Source of the DNA: the human T2T-CHM13v2.0 reference genome, Homo sapiens
Assembly: GCF_009914755.1 (NCBI RefSeq)
Contig: NC_060934.1
Reading direction: 5' to 3' (one strand)
DNA length: 64,000 nucleotides
In this document: in pieces, positions 45,576-64,000 of the stretch
How the letters are laid out: every line of letters begins with the position of its first letter
Numbering within the stretch: the stretch's first letter is position 1
Translations under genes and position numbers: made by a program
Notes under the pieces: model-generated
Database searches by the model: none
The model's input: only the letters and a program-made list of their open reading frames with translations
Told to the model about the DNA's origin: nothing

Positions 45576-47014
45576 GTATGAACAATGTGGCAGATCCAAC
45601 TATGCTCACTGTGGCAGGTTCTCTTAAAGGAAGTCTGAGTGGCACTCCTCCATGGCCACCCCACTGGTTAATAACCTCAGCTCTGGAGTCAGCATTTCTG
45701 GATTTGAAACTTGGTTATGCCACTCATTGGCTATGTGATTATTGGCAAGGTACTTAATTTCTTTAAACTATAGTTATCATATCTTAAAGCATGAGGTTTA
45801 TGGTAATTATGTCATAGGCAAGCAGTGAGACTTAAAGAGTTAACACATGCAAAATGCATGCAGCATGTGTGGCATACAGAAGGGGCATAATAAATGGTAA
45901 CTAAACAAATAAAATAGGATTGATGGCTCTAGAGCCTGTTCTTATCTTTTCTTTAAGTCTACCTGTTACTCTTGGATGTGAACTAAAGAAGTCATTGTAA
46001 TGTAGTAGGAGAAGGAGTTCAGTTTCAGTGATAGGATTGAAGAATTCCTTTAAAAGGAGATTTTATTGTATTTGAATTAAACTCTAAAGTAGGAGTTAAC
46101 TTTTGACAAATGGGAATGGCTAAGAAGATAAAGGAGACAAAAAAAGGAGGTGGATATTGGGGAGAAATTTCAGGTGGAAGAAAAGCCTTATTGGTAGGGG
46201 AGCAGAAAAAACATTTACTGAAAATCCCAGAGAAGATGCAGTATGTGAGGGAAGTGGACAAAGGCGAGATGACACCTTTACCAAGGTTACTGCGGACTTT
46301 ATATTTGAATTCCTTTCAGTCATTTGGGAAATGTAAGTAAAAATTTGAATTCCTTATAAACTGCTTCTTGAACGTGACTCTGTTCTGAGACTGAACTGAA
46401 AGGGACCAGGTTTTGTCATGGCAAAACAGGCTGGCTGTGGATATTGAATATAGTCCTTATCTGGGAATAGTGCACTTATATTTGTGGCATAAACCAAAGA
46501 ATAATGGGAGAAGAATTTTGGGCCAGATGGGAGATGACTTCTGACTACTTCTATAGACCACACTCAAGGGTTTAAGAATGTGGCAAATGAAAGTCTGTCT
46601 TCAAGATAAGATATTTAGCTGCACACAAAATGTTAACTCTCATTATTTTGAATCTTAAAGATTTCCAAATTAGATTACATATTTCCTTACTTGATTAAAT
46701 ATAGAACTGTAAGAATAATTCAGTCTCCCTTAATGGCCCAGTGTCATCATTGTGGACATTAGTTATTATGCAAGGTTGTACAGGGCAAAGACTTTGGAAC
46801 TTAAAGTGCATCAGGCTTTTTGCCCCAGTGCTAATAGCACTACACACATTCAAGAGATTTTTTTAAAATTATTAATTCTTCTTTAGTCCCTTTTCTGCTG
46901 CCAATTCTTTATAATAGGCTCATTTCTAGTTTCCCAATTGTCAGGGTAGGGGCTTAATAGTAGCTCTACCTCTTTTTCTGAAGTAAGGCAAAGGGTCTTT
47001 GTGAGCATAGTCTT

Positions 47015-47036
47015 TGTGTGTGTGTGTGTGTGTGTG
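47015..47036. repeat. (TG)11 microsatellite at the L1 3' end
   Basis: Read directly. Confidence 0.9.
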
Positions 47037-53150
<6,114 letters not shown>

Positions 53151-55189
53151 GCATAGTCTGTGTTTTATGGGCCTTGTTTGGAGGTAAAGACTTTTCTGTG
53201 ATATATTGGATCTCATAATTAATTGGTAGATCTTCTGCAAGCCTTGGGTTCCAGCCTCATCTGTGTCCTTAAGTAGCTATGTTTTGGGTATCACTTATCC
53301 TTCCTCAGGTTAATTTCCACATTTGTAAAATAGAAACTTGGAAACATGTTCTCTGAAGTCTTGGAATGATGGGTGCAGCATGTTTTCAGGAGTCAGATGG
53401 TATTCAGAAATTCTTATTTGCAAGGTTGGTAAGATAGTTAAGCAAGTTAGTTCATCTCTATGTCTCTTTCTGTTTTCTTGTCCATTTTGATAGTTAATAA
53501 TATTGGTTGCATAGTTACTGTGAGGTGTGGGTAGAATAAATGGCAAAAATTCCTCTTACAGTTCCTGCAACCCAGGGGAGAGTACTGGTTAGTTCCAGTT
53601 CCCTTTCTTCAATTGAAATTTTTTCTGCAAGATTAAATGCCAAAGAGATCAGAATTCCCCAGATTCCTTCAAAGTCTCTAGGTGTCATTAGCCAAATAGG
53701 CCACTGGATGTCATACTTGATCTAAGCTACTGTACACATACTATCCAGTGCACTTTGGCTTGGACAGTCTTAGGTTTTTAGGAATAGAATAGACTTTGGC
53801 AATCTTCGAGGCCAGAGTTTAAAAACTGTGGGTTATAGGCAAGTTTTATTTTGCACACATTTTATTTTTCTCAGTATTCATTGTACTTGGATGCATCAAG
53901 GCAAAGGGTGCACTCTTCAGAATGATCAGAGTTGAGACAACTGTGTCCTACTCCCTGGAGTCTTACAGGTGTGCTTCACTCATTTGGGTCACCCAACTAG
54001 TTCCTTAAGGGAAGGGAGTGTAGGAGTCCTTTATGTCCTTTTACAAAGGAGGAGCCTGACCACCCAGGCAGCTTACATGGTTTGACCAAAACACAGGTTA
54101 AATTGGTTGTAAATCTGGACCTAGAACTCAGGTCACTGAACTCCCCAGTTGGTCCTTGGCATTGAGCCAGGCACTTTAGAGCCACATCAAAATTATGTAC
54201 CTTTAGGAAATTTCTACTATGCAGAAGCAGATGGTATGAATCATTATCTGGTTCTGCCTCTCTCCTAAGCTCTGTCTAGTGACAAGCCATAAAATATTCT
54301 GGCCTTCACACTGACATTTGATTGGGTGTTTTATCTCATGAATATTTTATCTCATGATTTTGATTCAGGGATGGGACTGTGGTTGGATTATGAGTCCCAA
54401 GGCACTTAGCAGAGAAACATTAGGCTAACAATAAAGTCCACAGCCTCTAACAGGAAATCAGTAAAACAAGTCAAGGGTTATGATTTATCCCAGCTCTTGT
54501 TAGAAAAAGCAAGCAAAGAGAGCTCACTCTGAGTACTAATAAGTTATAATGTAACCATACACATGCATAGTGGGTACACATTCTTAAACATAGAAGTTTA
54601 AATTTTCATAACAGTTAGATGGAATATATAGGCTAATATTGCCTTCAACTATACCCACTGCCTTTGGAAAGGCAGGAAGGATCATCGTCTTTCAAATTAA
54701 ACTCTCCCTGGTTGTATTCTCACTAAAATTGTAGGTTATTTGTGGGATGTTGGTGGCAGAATTGCAGACCTATAGGAGCTACCAAGAAAAGAGTGAGTCA
54801 GGTCTCCTTATAAAACATTTTGCTACCTGGGGCACTTGTTCTGAGATCCTGCACAAGTTGGGAAGCATGTGGTTCCTTCCCTGGGGACCCAGAGATGTGG
54901 ACGGGGAGCCATGTCTCTTCAGTTAATGAATTTTGAAGGTTCTTAAGGAAGCTCACAGGCAGGCTCTTTAAAGTCTTTTGAAGAACCTTGATGTCAATGA
55001 TTAAAAATGGTAGCATAGCCTATTAGAAGTGGAACAAGTATGAAAGAGCATCAAGCTGATTTTCACATGACAGAATCAGAAGTGGGGGTCTGGAGGTGAT
55101 AGAGGACTTGCTGAAGGGTAGACAGCAATTTAGCTGAGCCAGTGCTTTCTTATACCCAGAAAGTATTTACTGCTTTTGCTACTTTATGC

Positions 55190-57026
55190 TCATTTTGTTT
55201 TTTGTTTTTCTATTGAGGTATTATTGACATGCAATAAATTGCACAAATAAATTACAGAAATTAAATTATAACATTTGATAAGTTTTGACATGTCTATTCT
55301 CACAAAACCATCATCACAGTCAAGATGATGAACAAATCTATCACCCTGGAAAGTTTCCCAGTGGTGCTTTGCCCCTCTCCCCAAACAACCACAACCTGTG
55401 TTGTCTCACTCTACATTCACTTGCATATTCTAGAATATAATATAAATGGAATCATGCAGTATCTACTCTCCTTTGTTTGGCTTCTGTTGTATACAACATA
55501 CTTATTTTAACATTCATCCATGTTGCAGCATGTTTACTTTTTAGTTGCTGAGTAGCATTCCATTGAATGAATGTGCCACAATTTGTTTATTCCTTCATTC
55601 ATCCGTTGGTGAATGTTTGGGTTTTATTCCAGTTATTGGCTGTTACAAATAATGCCACTATGAACATTCATGCACAGGTCTTTATATGAATACATGCTTT
55701 TGTTTCTCTTGGATCAATACCTAGGAATGGAATGGCTGGATTATATGATAGGAATATGTTAAACTCTTTTAAAAACCAGTGTTATTGAAGAGCAATTGAT
55801 ATATAATACATAGTATACATTTAAATTACACAATTTGATAAACTTTGACATACGTATGCACCTGTGAAAATGTCAACACATTCAAGATAGTGAACATATC
55901 AGTCACCCACAGATGCTTCCTGGTGTTTCTTTGTAATCTCCCCACCTTTCTCAGCTCCAAACTCAGGAAAACTCAGACTTGCTTTCTGTCACTATAGGGT
56001 AGTTTCCATTTTCCAGAATTGTTTAAAATGAATTAATACAATATGTGCTATTTTATGTTTGGGTTCTTTCACCCAATATAATTATTTTCCATTTCACCCA
56101 TGTTGTAGCATATCAATAGTTTATTTCTTTTTTCTTGATGAGTCCTGTTCCATTGTATGGATAGATTTTGGTTATTACAGAGAAAGCTGATAGGAACATT
56201 CATACATAAGTTTTTATATGGAAATATGCTTTCATTTATCTTGGGTAAATATACAGGAGTGGAATGGCTGGATCATACAGTGAGTGTACCTTTAATTTTC
56301 TAAGGCACTGCCAAATTGTCTCAAAATTCACTGTATCATTTTACATTCCCAAGAGCAGTGTATAAGACTTCCAATTCTTCTACAACCTTGCCAACATTTC
56401 TTATGGCAAGTCTATTTAATTTTAGCTAGTCCAATACATGTATAAGGATATGTGAGTGTGATTTTAATTTGCATTTCTCTAATGACTAATGACGTTGAAC
56501 ATCTTTTTAGGTAATTTTGTCCTCCATATATCTTCTTTGGTGAAATGTCAATTCAAATCTCTGTCCATTTTTAAAAATGAGGCTTTTGCTCTTAGTGTTG
56601 AATGTTGAGAGCTCTATATCTCCTAGATACACAGCCTTTATAAGATATATTCTTTGCAAAGATTTTCTCCTAGTCTGTGGCTTGTTTCATTCTCTTTTAA
56701 AGACCAGAAGTTTTAAATTTTGATAAAGTTCAAGTTATCAATTTGGTTTTTTATACATCATGCTTTTGGTGTTATATCTAAGAAATATTTGCGTATCTTA
56801 GGGTAACAATATTTTTCCTATGTTTTCTTCTAGATGTTTTATTGTTTTAAGTTTTAAATGTTTTTCTAGGATGCATTTTGAGTTAGTTTTGCTGTATGGT
56901 GTGAGATATGAATCAAACTTTGTTTTACCAATAGATATTCAATTGCTTTCATCACCCTTTGTTGAAACAACTATGTTTTCTCCACTGAATTAACTTTACA
57001 CATCTGTCAAAAATCAGCTGGCCATT

Positions 57027-57114
<88 letters not shown>

Positions 57115-57900
57115 TATCTTTGGATTCTATTTTGTTCCATGGATCTGCTTTAATATCCTGACACTAATATTGCAATGTCTTAGTTACTTTAGCTATAAAA
57201 TAATTCTGGAAGTCAGGTAGTACAAGACTTCAAACTTTGTTCTTCTTTTCAAAGTTGTGTTAGCAAGTCCTATATGCATTTTCATATAAATTTTGTAATC
57301 ATCTTGCCAACTTCTAAATAAATCTGCTGGAATTTTGACTGGGGTTGCACTGAAACTATGATTGGGGAGAATTCACATTTTGGCAACATTGGGTCTTCTG
57401 ACCCATGAACATGGTGTATCTCTCCATTTATTTGGGTTTTCTTTAATTACTCTCAGTAATATTTATAGTTTTCATTGCACAAGTCTTTTATATCTTTTTA
57501 AAATATTTATCCCTATTTCATATTTTTTGATGGTATTGCAAGTTGTATTGCTTTTTAAATTTCAACTTTGGGTAGTTTGTTGCTAGTATATAGAAATACA
57601 ATTGATTTTTGTAGATTAATCTTATACCCTGAAACCTTGCTAAACTCACTTATTGGTTCTTTATTAAGAAAAAATAGGACAAATAAACAAACAAATGATA
57701 ATAAATAATAGGACAAATAAATAATATGACAATAAAGCTACTTATATTTTGTTTCTTCTTTAAGAGCAAATTTATTCTTATTTCTTAAAGAAGAAATAAG
57801 ATACAAGTAGCTTTATTGTAGAGTCCACTGAATTTTCTATTTGGACTATTATGTTGTATTTAAATAAAGACAGTGTTACTTCTTTCTTTCCAGTCTGAAA
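55190..57900 (-). mobile_element. Old L1MB/L1MC 3' region(s)
   Basis: L1M 3'UTR text (tgaggtattattgacatgcaataaattgcac, catccatgttgcagcatg) and ORF2-like GQLIFD...IQWRKHS..FNK. Boundaries approximate. Confidence 0.8.
57031..57114. repeat. (TA)38(CA)4 microsatellite
   Basis: 76 nt of uninterrupted TA (57031-57106), then cacacaca. Confidence 0.95.
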
Positions 57901-59470
57901 TTTTAATTTTTACTTGTTCCATAGAGAAATGAACCTGAAAATTTCTGTGAAAACCCTACTAGGCTACATTTGCAGATTTTTGTGATAATGATGACTGTTA
58001 TTTATATGATGCTTACCATGTCAGGCACTGTGATAGGTATTTTAATGTACATAATTTCAATGAATCCTCACAGTAACCCTGTGAGGGAGACATTATGATT
58101 TCTCTTTAACTGATGAAGAAACAAAATCAGGGAGTTTAAGTGATTTTCCAAGATCAAATAGTGAGTACTCCCAAGCCAGTGCTCATGCTGCTCTGCAAGG
58201 TAGCATGGGATTAAAAAGCCCAATGGGAGTCATGTTGAGGTGGACCTTGAGTGTTAGAGTAGCAAGTCTCAGCCCATAAACACAACATAAAGAAAACATT
58301 GCTTTATTTTTCTGCAACTCAACTTGATTTTTCACTGAGCTCCCATCTTATCGGACAGGTAAAAATAAAAACTTGCTAAGACTCATCTTCCCATTCCTGA
58401 GACTCTGCCGCAATCCTTAGTATCCTGTATAGTGCCAGAATATAGCCACGGAAAGGGAGAGTTTGGTCTTCATCATTGGGTCATAGAGACGATTTATGAG
58501 AAGGCCAATGTCTCTGTCTCTACAGTGCCTTTCATTCCCTTAGAGAAGCCCTTGCCATGTTTGAGGCATGGATATATAGTCAAGGCTGCTTGAACTTGTT
58601 CTGCAGCCATTCTTTGAGATTTTGTTACTTCTGGAGGGTGCTGCTTGGAAGTTGGAACTGAATTCCCTATGTTCTTGGTTCTTGAGGTCTCTACCTTCTC
58701 TCTCTTCCCATCCCCATGATATTTTGTGGATGAGGATATGCATTTCTCCCTTTGCTTTTCTATGATAGTTTGTCTCTGCCTTTGTCACTTTCTGCCACCC
58801 TTTCAGTTTCTTCAAATACCCTACAAATTCTTCCAGTCCCTAAAGCTTTTGAAAAACCACAGCTAGAAAACCTTGCAGGAAATCTCTGTTTGATGTTTAG
58901 CCAGACACTTTTACTGAAGCAATGATAGACAGTTGTACCTGCTAAGAAAGGGGAAGAATACAGTGAGAATAGAAGAAAGTTACTATAGAAAATATTTATA
59001 TAGCCATGTAAGCTAAGAAATCTGTAGTTAATTCCATAGATCAACATTTCAAGTATTGGTTGTGGAAAGGTTTCACTTTTTAAAATAAACTGTTTATTAA
59101 GTGGTTTTGTTAATGATACCTTCAGTTTTTTGAATATGTAATGATGAGGAAAGTGGAAATTTACAGTGGTATCATTCATTGGTATGCTGATTGATTGGTA
59201 ATGACTACCTGGAGCCCTATGCTGAAAAGGATTCTGAGGCTGTGACTTAGACCAATAGGAGATCAATGAGTCATTCCTCAATGTCTGCCAAGGGTATGGG
59301 AGAGGAGACTGTCTGCCCATGTGCCAGATATTTGCTTTCCCTGGTGTGTTTTATCATATTTATTATTGTTAGGAGCATACAGAGGGGATAGAAAATTTGG
59401 CAAGTGGCAAGGAAGTAGGCCTTGTGGTAGTAATATGTTGACTGTGTGCTACTGAAACAATATTGGTCTG

Positions 59471-60822
59471 TGATATGGTTTGGCTGTGTCCTGGCCCAAA
59501 TCTCAACTTGAATTGTATCTCCCAGAATTCCCATGTGTTGTGGGAAGGACCCAGGGGGAGGTAATTGAATCATGGGAGCTGGTCTTTCCCATGCTATTCT
59601 CATTCCTTGTGTCCCAGCCACTCTAGCCAAGGCCGAGAGCGGCCAACATACAACTCGGGCTCTGGCTTCAGAAGGTGCAAGCCTCAAACCGTAGCAGCTT
59701 CCACGTGGTGTTGAGCCTGCAGATGCACAGAAGTCAAGAATTGAGGTTTGGGAACCTCTGCCTAGATTTCAGAAGATGTGTGGAAATGCCTGCATGTTCA
59801 GGCAAAAGTTTGCTGCAGAGGTGGGGCCCTCAGGGAGAACCTCTGCTAGGGCAGTGTGAAAGGGAAATGTGGGGTCAGAGTCCCCACACAGAGTCCCTAC
59901 TGGGGCACTGCCTAGTGGAGCTGTGAGAAGAGGGCCACTGTTCTCCAGATCCCAGAATGGTAGATCCACTGACAGCTTGCACCGTGTGCCTGAAAAAGCC
60001 ACAGACACTTAAGGCCAGCCTGTGGAAGCAGCTGGGAGAGAGGCTGTACCCTGCAAAGACACAGGGGTGGAGCTGTTCAAGACCATGGGAACCGACCTCT
60101 TGCATCAGCATGACCTGGATGTGAGACCTAGAGTCAAGGGAGATCATTTTGGAGTTTTAAAATTTGACTGCCCCACTGGATTTTGGACTTGCATGGGCCC
60201 TGTAACCCCTTTGTTTTGGCCAATTTCTCCCATTTGGAACAGCTGTATTTAACCAATACCTGTACTCCCATTGTATCTAGGAAGTAACTAGCTTGCTTTC
60301 GATTTTATAAGCTCATAGGTGGAAGGGACTTGCCTTGTTTCAGATGAGACTTTGGACTGTGGACTTTTGGGTTAAGTTGAAATGAGTTAAGACTTTGGGG
60401 GACTGTTGGGAAGGCATGGTTGGTTTTGAAATGTGAGGCCATGGGATTTGGAGGGGCCAGGGGCAGAATGATATGGTTTGGTTGTGTCCCCATCCAAATC
60501 TTAACTTGAATTGTATCTCCCAGAATTCCCACATGTTGTGGGAGGGACCCAGGGATAGGTAATTGAATCATGGGGGCTGGTCTTTTCCATGCTATTATTG
60601 TGATAGGTAAGAAGTCTCATGAGCTCTGATGGGTTTATCAGGGATTTCCGCTTTTGCTTCTTCCTCATTTTCTCTTGCCGCTGCCATGTAAGAAGTGCCT
60701 TTCACCTCCCACCGTGATTCTAAAGCCTCCCCAGCCATGTGGAACTGTAAGTCCAATTAAACTTCTTTTTCTTCCCAGTCTCAGGTATGTCTTTATCAGC
60801 AGCGTGAAAACAGACGAATACA
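59471..60822 (+). mobile_element. THE1A-like MaLR provirus with internal deletion (5' LTR stub, internal region, complete 3' LTR)
   Basis: The LTR start tgatatggtttgg occurs at 59471 and 60469, with ~130 bp near-identical between copies. Polypurine tract gaggggccaggggcagaa. Ends ...gaataca. Perfect TSD gtctg at 59466-59470 and 60823-60827. Confidence 0.92.
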
Positions 60823-61609
60823 GTCTGCCCACCACTGTTAGTCACATGTTTCAATTGATAGTCTCTGCTATAGAGTCTGAGAGTCTGAATCAGGTATTTA
60901 TAAAACAGTGGCAGAACTGGGGCCAGAATTCTGGACTCTTGCTTCAGAGTTCACTCTTTTCATGGAAACTATATCAGGGGTCCTTGTGAATGTTCAGACT
61001 TAGAGGATTTTTTTTTTCTTAGTGCAACTTTTTTGGATCTAAAGTTGTTCATATCATGACATTGCTCATCAAAAGGAAATTTTACTCAGAATTGCTTGAA
61101 ATATGGGAGTCAAAGATACCACCCACTTGCTGTTACTTAATATCATTCCTAGTTCTCGGAAATCCAGATTCTCCTCTCTCTTCTCCTCTCCCCTCCATTT
61201 TTCTTTTGCTTCAATTTCCTCCCTTTCTCTCTTTCTTCCTTCCTCTCATTTTCCTCCACTCTATCCCATACTCTCTTTCATCTGTTCCTTTCTCCCTTTT
61301 TTCTTCCCACTCAACCAGCATTTTTAAACACCTACTTTGTATCAGATACATAGCATTTCTTTAACTTCTTATCCTCTCCAACATTGGGCATATGCTTCTG
61401 GATATTGACATCAGCAACAGTTATCCATAAACTCAAAACCTGAGTTGGTTTCTCTGATTTTGCACAACAGCTTCAGTGACTCTCAGGTATAAACACATAT
61501 GAATTTCCTGTAACTTTATAACTTCTCACTGTTATATTAGTCATCGATTGCTGTGACTCTCAGGTGATAAACACATTCACATTCATTGTAAGTTTGTAGC
61601 TTTTCACTG

Positions 61610-62135
61610 TTATATTGGTTATTAGTTCCTTCACAAAAAATTATCCTGAAGCTTAACAGATTAAAATAACATTTATTATCACTGTTTCTGTGGGGCAGGA
61701 GCCAGGTGCAGCTGGCTTGGTCATCTGCTTTGAAGTTTATCATAAAGTCCACTCAATGTATTAGCCAGGGCTGCAGTCCTCTCAAAGCTCTGCTGAGGAG
61801 TGACCCACTTCCAAGAGCAATCATGTGGTTGATAGCAGGACTCAGTTCCCCACGGACTGTTGGCTGCAGGCTACCTTCAGTTCCTTGCCATGTGACTCTT
61901 TACACAGCCCAGCTTACAATATGGCAGCCAGCTTCATCACAGTGAACAGGCAAGAACAACCAGCAAGGTGGAAATCATAATCTTTTATAACATAACCTTG
62001 GAAGTGATATCTGATCACTTTTGCCATCTTCTGTTCATTAGAATGGAGTTACTAGGTCCACTATGCACACAAAGGAAGGAGATAATACGATTGTGTGAGT
62101 ATCAGGAAGTGGGGCCAATGGGATCCTCCCTACAC
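61610..62135 (-). mobile_element. MLT1-family MaLR LTR
   Basis: ttaaaataacatttattatcactgtttctgtggggcaggagccagg...cttggaagtgatatctgatcacttttgccat. Confidence 0.7.
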
Positions 62136-62225
62136 AGTTACACTTTCAATGGGTGACAATACTTCGAGAAACTCTAAGGTAAATTGGCTGTTTCCTTTTA
62201 GTTGGTAAAGGCAGGGTAAAAGTGC

Positions 62226-62879
62226 TGAAATTGCCTTTGCAAAAATTACAACATTGAGAAAATTTTGACAGTGAAAGCGATCTGTTGTAACCAAACCCCA
62301 TCTTGCCTTTAAGCTCCAAGCTGCCCTTAATTACTCCTGGGCTTGGCCAAGCTAACTTTGAGAGACATTTAGTTTATAGTTTAAATAATGGTCCTTCCCT
62401 CAAACTAACTGCCTTTGTAAAGCTCATGAAAGACTACCAGATTAGGAGGGTGTAGAGCCTGAATTCTTCTAAGGTGTCCACTAAAGGATAACCAGCCATT
62501 ATTCTGTAGGTCACAAAATTTGCAACTCCCCCAATTACTCTTGCAAATAACATCACTATAGTAGAACCTAAGTTGGCCTTTTGAGGTGTCTTTTCAGGTT
62601 TTTGCATTTCTGACTACTTATGGCTTCACCTAAGCCCACTGACTCCCTCTGATTTGTCCCATAACCCCACTCAGAAGCAAACTCCCTAGCCAGCCAAACT
62701 ATCCTTGAAAGACCCTAGTCTCCGAATTTTCAGGGAGATTGAGATGAGTAATAACTCTGTCTCCCACATGGTATGGCTGGCTTCATGTCTATTAAACTCT
62801 TTATTGCAATGTCATGGTCTCAGTGAATTGGTTTTGTCTGTGCAGTGGGCAAGAAGAACCCATCAGGTGGTTGGATACA
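62226..62879 (+). mobile_element. LTR8-family ERV1 solo LTR (complete)
   Basis: tgaaattgcctttgcaaaaatta...gccaagctaactttgagagacatttagtttatagtttaaa...gtgggcaagaagaacccatcaggtggttggataca. Confidence 0.85.
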
Positions 62880-63496
62880 GAGCCAAGATTCATAAGTACC
62901 CATCATGAAAGGCCAGCGCCAGATGTTTTCATATGCCTACTTAATTTAAACATCACATCCTTCCTGTGATGTAGGAATTTGTAGCAGACTTTGCTAGTTT
63001 TCTCTTGGTATTCATTCTTCCGTTCTTTCATAGTAAAAGAATTTTTTTCCTGCCTAGATAAAGACTACATTTCCCATCTTCTCTTGCAGCTAGGTGTGGC
63101 CACATGCTTAAATTTTGGCCAATGTGGTGTAAACTACAGTGTCCTGTGGCAGCTTCCAGTAGCTCTCCTAAAGGGACAGCTCGTGGGTGCCCTTCCCTTT
63201 CTTTGTCCTTTCTCTATCTTTCTACTTGGATGTAAATCTTAGGCAATGAGATCGAGACCATTCAAGTAAAGCAACAAAAGGAAGCCTATGTTCATGAAAC
63301 TGTGAAGCACAGTACCAGCATTGTACTGCCCTTTGGGACTTTTGGGTAAGAGACAATAAATTGCTACCTTATTTAAACTATTGCTATTTGGGAATACTGT
63401 CACTGCCAACCAAACCTAGTCTTAGCTAATTCAGAATTCGGCATCAAGAAGTGGGGTGCTACAGGTAACAGAAGCTAAAATATGTGGTATTAGCTT

Positions 63497-63735
63497 AGGG
63501 CAAGCTTAGCAAACTTTCACTGTCAAGGACCAGATAGTAAATATTTTAGGCTCTGTGGGCCATATGTGGTCTTAGTTACATGTTCTTCCTTTTTTTTTTC
63601 TCTAAACCAGCCTTTCAAAAATGTGAAAAACATTCTCAGCTCAACCTTTTAAAAACATAACAGTCATTTTTAACTCAAGGGCCAACAAACATCAGGCAGC
63701 TGGATTTGGTCCTGGAGGAATAGTTTGCTCTAGTT
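63497..63735. mobile_element. MER58-like hAT-Charlie element
   Basis: gcaaactttcactgtcaaggaccagatagtaaatattttaggctctgtgggccata...ggatttggtcc...tagtttgc. Confidence 0.7.
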
Positions 63736-64000
63736 CTTAGGGATCAGCAGATGCCCCCAGGCAAATGTTGATTTCAGGGCCCACTTACCTTTCTGGAGTC
63801 ATGTTTTCTCAATATTTTAATTGCTAAGTATTTCTCTTGTCTTTTTATGGATTGAAAAATAATGCATTTAATTATTAAAAGTTGCATTTAATCTCAGAAG
63901 AGTGAACTTATATAGAAGATGTGAATCATGTAAAGAAGTTGTCAAAACCACATTGCAATTATGGATTATTAATATTCAGGTATTTACTCACAAAAAGAAA

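Noticed and set aside
58540-59320. 186-aa and 91-aa minus-strand ORFs
   Set aside because: No recognisable domain or exon structure. Consistent with chance ORFs.
59271-60989. Cluster of ORFs on both strands
   Set aside because: All lie within the THE1 LTR and internal sequence.
63740-64000. Possible 3' end of the neighbouring minus-strand gene (A1CF, from recalled gene order)
   Set aside because: Only AT-rich sequence with weak antisense ATTAAA hexamers. There is no exon or coding evidence in the window.

Overview
This is primate (most likely human) genomic DNA, repeat-rich, and I recognise it as the ASAH2B locus. A TATA-less CpG-island promoter (~4130-4850) is joined to only the last five coding exons of the neutral ceramidase gene ASAH2 (7490-7585, 9707-9853, 13907-13966, 17032-17120, 19117-19306, + strand). 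The ancestral ceramidase frame is intact for 193 codons but has no Met, so the copy needs a new start. An out-of-frame ATG at 7500, spliced to an internal acceptor at 9781, restores the frame and gives a 165-aa protein with a novel 29-aa N-terminus. With the ancestral acceptor the same ATG gives a 31-codon uORF that stops 2 nt after an in-frame ACG in strong Kozak context (9710), one CpG transition from ATG (160 aa). Two junctions between truncated repeats (~5740 and ~33405) are candidate duplication or deletion breakpoints. The rest is non-coding: a twin-primed 5'-inverted L1PA, a full-length degenerate L1PA on the minus strand, Alu, L2, MIR, MaLR/ERV LTRs, DNA transposons, microsatellites and a few locally templated inverted repeats. 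Family and subfamily names and reference residue numbers come from memory, not from a search. I found no convincing new multi-gene system; the most interesting biology is how this partial duplicate acquires a start codon.
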